NCBI GenBank assembly: GCA_963535445.1
Contig: CAUSWA010000001.1
Span: forward strand, 10,896-74,895
DNA: 64,000 bases
DNA from: an uncultured Candidatus Saccharibacteria bacterium
GTDB lineage: Bacteria > Patescibacteriota > Saccharimonadia > Saccharimonadales > Saccharimonadaceae
Reading direction: 5' to 3'
Of the stretch, positions 56,789 through 64,000 are shown one piece after another. The notes below the pieces were generated by a model that was given only the letters and a program-made list of their open reading frames with translations, searched no databases and was not told the DNA's origin. The position numbers were made by a program, and so were the translations under genes. Position 1 is the stretch's first letter. Each line of letters opens with the position of its first letter.

Positions 56789-58447
56789 TTATATAGTGCC
56801 TGAGTTAAAATCTCGACGGATTAAGCGGACTTCCTTTTTCAGCTGACGCGATCGTGCGTAGAAGAATGCGACGACAGCGAAGGTGATTCCGGCAAATAGC
56901 ATGTTTTCGCCAGGTCCGGTGTGTGGAAGTTGAGCAACAGTTTGTTCAATTGCTTGCTTTTGTGCCGGACAGTCTACATTAATGGTCACGGAATTGCCAA
57001 AAGTATTGGTCATCTTGCAATCGTATGAATTAGGGTTGCCGGTGCCAGTGGCTTTTGGCGAGATCGTGCTTTGGAGCTTCACGCTGAATACTCGAGTTTG
57101 AGTTTCACCAGGCTTTAGCGTGATTTTTGGCCATACCAATAGAGTTTCTGTGTCTTGGCTGCCAGAGGTGTCCTTGGTTAAGGTAGCTCCTCCTTTGTTT
57201 TCTAGCGAAGCATATTGGAGGACGTCGGCGAGATTCTCGGTGATGGTGTAATCGGTAGCTTTCAATCCTTTGTTGGTAACAGTAATCTTGTAAATAATTT
57301 GATCGGACGCCTTGGCGGTAGTTGTCGAAGCATCGGCGTTGCCTTGCGAGGTGTTTTGGGCGGTTTTTGTTTGAATGATATCTTCTTTACACTTAGCATC
57401 TTTTATCCACAAAGTTGTGTCGCCTGGGCATGGTTGACAGTTAGGATCTGTGGCAAGCAAGGCAGGATTTTGCGGACACTTAGCTGGCTCTACAATCTGA
57501 AATTCCTTGGTACAGCTATCACTGGTACGGTCGCCTAGAGATGTTTTCAAGATAGCTTTAACTGTATATTTACCAGCTTCAGTTTCTTTGTCAGTGACAG
57601 TTCGAGTCTTACTTTCGATGGTTTTTAATTGTTTACCATCTCGATAGACGACAAATCTATAACCAGTAATTGAAGCGCCATTGCTGGTGTTGCCGGAGGC
57701 GGTATATTGGTAGGTATTCTTGTTGTTAACGATTGCTAGCGACGAACATACTGCGACAGGGTCAGCTTTGCATCTCGGGTCGTTCGCAGGCAGGTTAGTC
57801 TTGCCGGGGACAGTGCACATCGGAGTATAGCAATTTGGATAGGTCCCTGATTGTCCAGGAGGGCAAGCGGGAGCTGGCGGGACAGTTAGTGTAATTAGGT
57901 TACCGCAGCTGCGCATAATTCCGAACCACATTCCTGTCATTGATGAACGGGCAACGTAGGCTGAATAAGCGCCTGAATTACCCCAAAGCCGCTGCGGTCT
58001 GTAATAAAACGTTCGCGTACCACCGCCAGTTTTTACGGTGTAGCCGCCTTCACCTTGGCTTGCACCGAATACAGGTTTCATACCCCAAGAATATAAGCCT
58101 TCGTTGCTCCTGTGATACTCCAAATTATTACCAGCTTGGTCAATATCGCTGCGAGAAATGCCGACAGCATCGTAGAGGTCACGGATATTGTTGACGTTGC
58201 TGTCATAGGTGCTTAGTAAGGCTTGCTTACTCCATACGCCGCCATAAACCATATCAGTAGCGTCGGCAGCGGTAGCTGGCTCTGGTGCCTGAAATACGGC
58301 AAAAAACTGTACAATGAGCGCAAAAGCTGTAAAAATAAGTCCTAATCTGCGCACCGATTCTTCTTTGCGTAACCGTTTTGCATAAAAACCTAATTGTCCG
58401 ACTAATGCGGGGCTAAAGGCGAGATTTGATACTAGCTTTCTAAACAT
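56789..58447 (-). CDS. Surface protein with Cys-rich linkers, DUF11-like domain and LPxTG-type anchor
   Basis: Extended signal anchor; KTA.N..IIYKITVTNKG; LPHTG then TM and basic tail. Confidence 0.8.
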   Translation of the reverse strand: MFRKLVSNLAFSPALVGQLGFYAKRLRKEESVRRLGLIFTAFALIVQFFAVFQAPEPATAADATDMVYGGVWSKQALLSTYDSNVNNIRDLYDAVGISRSDIDQAGNNLEYHRSNEGLYSWGMKPVFGASQGEGGYTVKTGGGTRTFYYRPQRLWGNSGAYSAYVARSSMTGMWFGIMRSCGNLITLTVPPAPACPPGQSGTYPNCYTPMCTVPGKTNLPANDPRCKADPVAVCSSLAIVNNKNTYQYTASGNTSNGASITGYRFVVYRDGKQLKTIESKTRTVTDKETEAGKYTVKAILKTSLGDRTSDSCTKEFQIVEPAKCPQNPALLATDPNCQPCPGDTTLWIKDAKCKEDIIQTKTAQNTSQGNADASTTTAKASDQIIYKITVTNKGLKATDYTITENLADVLQYASLENKGGATLTKDTSGSQDTETLLVWPKITLKPGETQTRVFSVKLQSTISPKATGTGNPNSYDCKMTNTFGNSVTINVDCPAQKQAIEQTVAQLPHTGPGENMLFAGITFAVVAFFYARSRQLKKEVRLIRRDFNSGTI

Positions 58448-58591
58448 TTTGCTTACCTTTTTGTGTTATTTTGAGATATATTTTCCTCTCTTTTATAATA
58501 TCATACTTATGGCAACCGCAGCAATACCTTGAATGAACAATTTTTTTTATGGTATAATGTGGGTATTAATAGACAAGCTGAGCGACTGTAA

Positions 58592-60598
<2,007 letters not shown>

Positions 60599-63151
60599 AT
60601 GGACGAGAAGAAGGATAGGAATATGAAACCAGAGTCAAAAAAACCAGTCGAAGGCGAGATTATCGAGCAGACTAACGACGTTAGCCATTCAAAGTCTGTA
60701 GAAATTCGAACAGTAGAAGATGTTATGGAGGATAGTTTTATCCGGTATTCAATGTCGGTCATCGTTGACCGTGCTTTGCCGGATGTGCGCGACGGTATGA
60801 AGCCAGTTCATCGCCGTATTGTGTACGTAATGGATAAAATGGGTATCGGGCCGACAGCTAAGACCGTGAAAAGTGCACAGATTGTCGGTGAAGTAATGGG
60901 TAAATACCATCCGCACGGCGACAGTTCGATTTATGATGCGATGGTACGTATGGCTCAAGATTGGGTGGAGCGCTATCCGTTGGTTCAGGGCCAAGGTAAC
61001 TTTGGTTCAATGGACGGCGACCCGCCAGCAGCTATGCGTTATACCGAAGCAAAAATGACTCGGGTGTCAGAGTCACTTTTGGCAGATATTGATAAAGAGA
61101 CGGTTGATTTTCGCGATACATATGACTCTACGCGCCAAGAACCGATTGTTTTGCCTGCTAAATTGCCGAATTTACTGTTGAATGGGCAAGTTGGTATTGC
61201 TGTTGGTATGGCAACTAATATTCCGACGCATAATCTAGGCGAGGTGGTTGATGCAACGGTTACGCTGATTGATAATCCGGAAGCAACGCTTGATGACCTT
61301 ATGAAGTGTATCAAGGGGCCAGATTTCCCAACTGGCGCGGTGGTTTATGGCGGCGCGCCGATGCGCCAAGCTTATGCGACCGGTCGCGGCAGTGTGACGA
61401 TACGGGCGGTGGCAAATATTGAAGAAACCAAACGCGGCCGTCATCAAATTATAGTTTCTGAGATGCCTTATGGCGTGAATAAAGCAACGCTTATCGAAAA
61501 AATTGCCGATTTGGTGCACGAGAAAAAGATTACGGCGATTAGCGCTTTGCGCGATGAGTCGGCTCGCGGTAATGTGCGAGTAGTTATTGAGCTCAAAAAA
61601 GACTCCTATCCGAAGAAAGTACTTAACCAATTATACAAATTGACGGCGTTACAGACTAACTTCCATTACAATATGCTAGCTTTGGTGCCAAGCGCTGACG
61701 ATGCGACACGTCTGCAGCCGCGCGTTTTAGGTTTGCATGATATTCTGAATGAGTTTATCAAACATCGCCGCCAAGTGGTACGCCGCCGCACAGATTACGA
61801 GCTACGCAAGGCTAAGGAGCGAGCGCATATTCTGGAAGGTTACAAAATTGCACTGGACAATATCGACGAGGTAATTAGAATCATCCGGGCTAGCAAGACG
61901 CAAGATGAAGCCGAAAAGGCGCTCATCGAAAAGTTCTCGCTGAGCGTTATCCAGGCCAAGGCGATTCTGGCAATGCAATTGCGCCGGCTGACGGGTCTAG
62001 AACGCGAAGCTATCGAGAATGAGCTAGCTGAGTTAATGAAAAAGATCGCGTATTTTGAAAAAGTTTTGGCTGACGAAAACGAAATCCTTCGCATCATCAA
62101 AGAGGAGTTGCTAGAAATTAAAGATAAATATGGCGATGACCGTTGTAGTAAAATTATCAACACCGAAGTCGGTAAGTTTAGCGATGAAGAACTAATCCCA
62201 GAAGAAGATACTGTTGTACTGTTGACAACGGAAAATTACATCAAACGTACCTTGGCTAGCGATTATCGCCGTCAAAACCGCGGCGGCAAGGGTAAACGCG
62301 GTATGACCACTAAAGAGGAAGACGTTATTGATCAGCTAGTACCAGCTGGAACACATGATTGGCTGCTGTTTTTCACGAACAGGGGTAGAGTGTTTCGTCT
62401 GAAGGCCTACGAAGTGCCGGCAGCTAGCTTAGCGGCGAAGGGCGTAGCAGCGGTCAATTTATTACAGCTGCAGCCAGAGGAAAAAATTACTTCAATTATC
62501 AATCTAGCTAAAGATGCAAATGTTGATGAAGGCTATCTATTTATGGCGACGACCAAGGGTACAGTCAAGAAGACAGCGATTGCTGACTATTCAAATATTC
62601 GTACCAATGGTTTAATTGCTATTAATTTGGATGAAGGCGATGAGCTGCGTTGGATCAAGCAAACTACTGGCAAGAACGATGTGATTATCTCGACTTCGGC
62701 TGGACAAGCGGTTCGCTTTAGCGAGGAGGAGTGTCGTCCGATGGGACGTGCTGCTCGCGGTGTGCGTGGTGTGCGACTACGAACGGACGATAGTGTTGTA
62801 GGTATGGATATTGTAACTTCAGCTGATCAAAAATTGCTGGTGATGAGTGCAAATGGGTTCGGCAAAGTAACCAAGGTAGCTAATTTCCCGAGTCACCGCC
62901 GCGGCGGTGTCGGTGTGAAGGCTGCTGTTGTTACGGCAAAAACTGGTCCGATAGTTGCTGTTCAAACGCTTGAGAAGGATGCGATTGAGGCAATTATGAT
63001 TAGTCAAAATGGACAGACTATCCGAGTGTCGCTTGACGATATTCCAGCGCTTGGCCGTACTACCCAGGGTGTTCGAGTGATGCGTATTAATGACGGAGAT
63101 ACAGTTTCATCAATGGGGATTATACGTGATACAGACGAAGGAGAAAAATAG
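60599..63151 (+). CDS. gyrA: DNA gyrase subunit A
   Basis: [24 protein letters not shown], GyrA-box QNRGGKG. Confidence 0.97.
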   Translation: MDEKKDRNMKPESKKPVEGEIIEQTNDVSHSKSVEIRTVEDVMEDSFIRYSMSVIVDRALPDVRDGMKPVHRRIVYVMDKMGIGPTAKTVKSAQIVGEVMGKYHPHGDSSIYDAMVRMAQDWVERYPLVQGQGNFGSMDGDPPAAMRYTEAKMTRVSESLLADIDKETVDFRDTYDSTRQEPIVLPAKLPNLLLNGQVGIAVGMATNIPTHNLGEVVDATVTLIDNPEATLDDLMKCIKGPDFPTGAVVYGGAPMRQAYATGRGSVTIRAVANIEETKRGRHQIIVSEMPYGVNKATLIEKIADLVHEKKITAISALRDESARGNVRVVIELKKDSYPKKVLNQLYKLTALQTNFHYNMLALVPSADDATRLQPRVLGLHDILNEFIKHRRQVVRRRTDYELRKAKERAHILEGYKIALDNIDEVIRIIRASKTQDEAEKALIEKFSLSVIQAKAILAMQLRRLTGLEREAIENELAELMKKIAYFEKVLADENEILRIIKEELLEIKDKYGDDRCSKIINTEVGKFSDEELIPEEDTVVLLTTENYIKRTLASDYRRQNRGGKGKRGMTTKEEDVIDQLVPAGTHDWLLFFTNRGRVFRLKAYEVPAASLAAKGVAAVNLLQLQPEEKITSIINLAKDANVDEGYLFMATTKGTVKKTAIADYSNIRTNGLIAINLDEGDELRWIKQTTGKNDVIISTSAGQAVRFSEEECRPMGRAARGVRGVRLRTDDSVVGMDIVTSADQKLLVMSANGFGKVTKVANFPSHRRGGVGVKAAVVTAKTGPIVAVQTLEKDAIEAIMISQNGQTIRVSLDDIPALGRTTQGVRVMRINDGDTVSSMGIIRDTDEGEK

Positions 63152-63154
63152 CGG

Positions 63155-63586
63155 ATGGTAGTATCCCCGTATATAATAGCTTTTGCTGTTGGTTGGGCTA
63201 TGGCGCAGTGCGGTAAGTACGTCGTTGCTGCTATTAAGATGCATACCTTGAAAGTGTTTGATCATCTGTATATATCGGGAAATATGCCAAGCGCTCATAG
63301 TGCTACGATGATGTCTCTAGTATCGATTATTGGTTTGAAAGACGGAGTCGGCAGTGGTTTGTTTGGTTTGACATTAGCTCTAGCGGCGATTGTGATGTAC
63401 GACGCATTGATGGTGCGGCGATCTGTTGGCGAGCAGGGCGAGGCTATCAAGCAAGTTATTGATATCTCGAAATTTGATGTGTCAAAGCCGCGTAGCGCTA
63501 AGGGACATACCCCTTTGGAAGTGGTAGTCGGTGCTGTAATTGGCTTGCTAGCGGGTATCGTTGTATTTTTAGCTACAAAAAACTAG
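63155..63586 (+). CDS. Divergent PAP2 family (DUF212-like) membrane protein
   Basis: SGNMPSAHSA, IVMYDA..VRR..GEQ, GHTPLEV. Confidence 0.88.
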   Translation: MVVSPYIIAFAVGWAMAQCGKYVVAAIKMHTLKVFDHLYISGNMPSAHSATMMSLVSIIGLKDGVGSGLFGLTLALAAIVMYDALMVRRSVGEQGEAIKQVIDISKFDVSKPRSAKGHTPLEVVVGAVIGLLAGIVVFLATKN

Positions 63587-63596
63587 CGATAAGGTG

Positions 63597-63625
63597 TTGA
63601 CTTGATCGGGTTAGAGCGCTACAAT
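63597..63625 (+). promoter_or_regulatory. rRNA promoter
   Basis: TTGACT-17-TACAAT; boxA-like TTTAACAATT near 63690. Confidence 0.75.
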
Positions 63626-63758
63626 AGTGAACAGTCTGGTTGCGAGAGATAAACTTACAAATTGCATCTTAGCAGTCAGGTTAATAGTAATTTAACAATT
63701 TGATTGTGCAATTATCATCGTCAGTCTATTTTTGAGTAGACGCTTCAAATGAAGCATC

Positions 63759-64000
<242 letters not shown>

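Overview
A mostly core-chromosome window from a small-genome Patescibacteria (CPR) organism, most consistent with Saccharibacteria (TM7). This is inferred from the 16S 5' end, a secretin-less type IV pilus cluster and the style of the hypothetical proteins; the standard genetic code fits. Housekeeping genes: pnp, udg, rnj, ftsK, pheA, rpsF-ssb-rpsR-efp, tlyA, ychF, a Xer-type recombinase, ndk, thrS, miaA, rpmB, infC-rpmI-rplT, comM, gyrB-gyrA. Also present: a full pilM-N-O-B-T-C-pilin-pilD-minor pilin cluster, four tRNAs, RNase P RNA, tmRNA and the start of a 16S gene. The most unusual signals are non-coding. (1) Two divergent promoter-driven RNAs after tmRNA share a 5' architecture and a CUCCACAA core; one extends into a ~350-nt multi-hairpin RNA upstream of a VirD4-like ATPase locus. 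(2) A compact 6S-like rod RNA precedes rnpB. (3) A miniature T-box-like leader precedes thrS. (4) A long duplex leader precedes pnp. (5) An orphan gene after rnj is bracketed by a 28-bp duplication of the rnj 3' end and broken at a C6 tract. (6) Many genes look leaderless. All calls were read by eye; no searches or folding programs were run.
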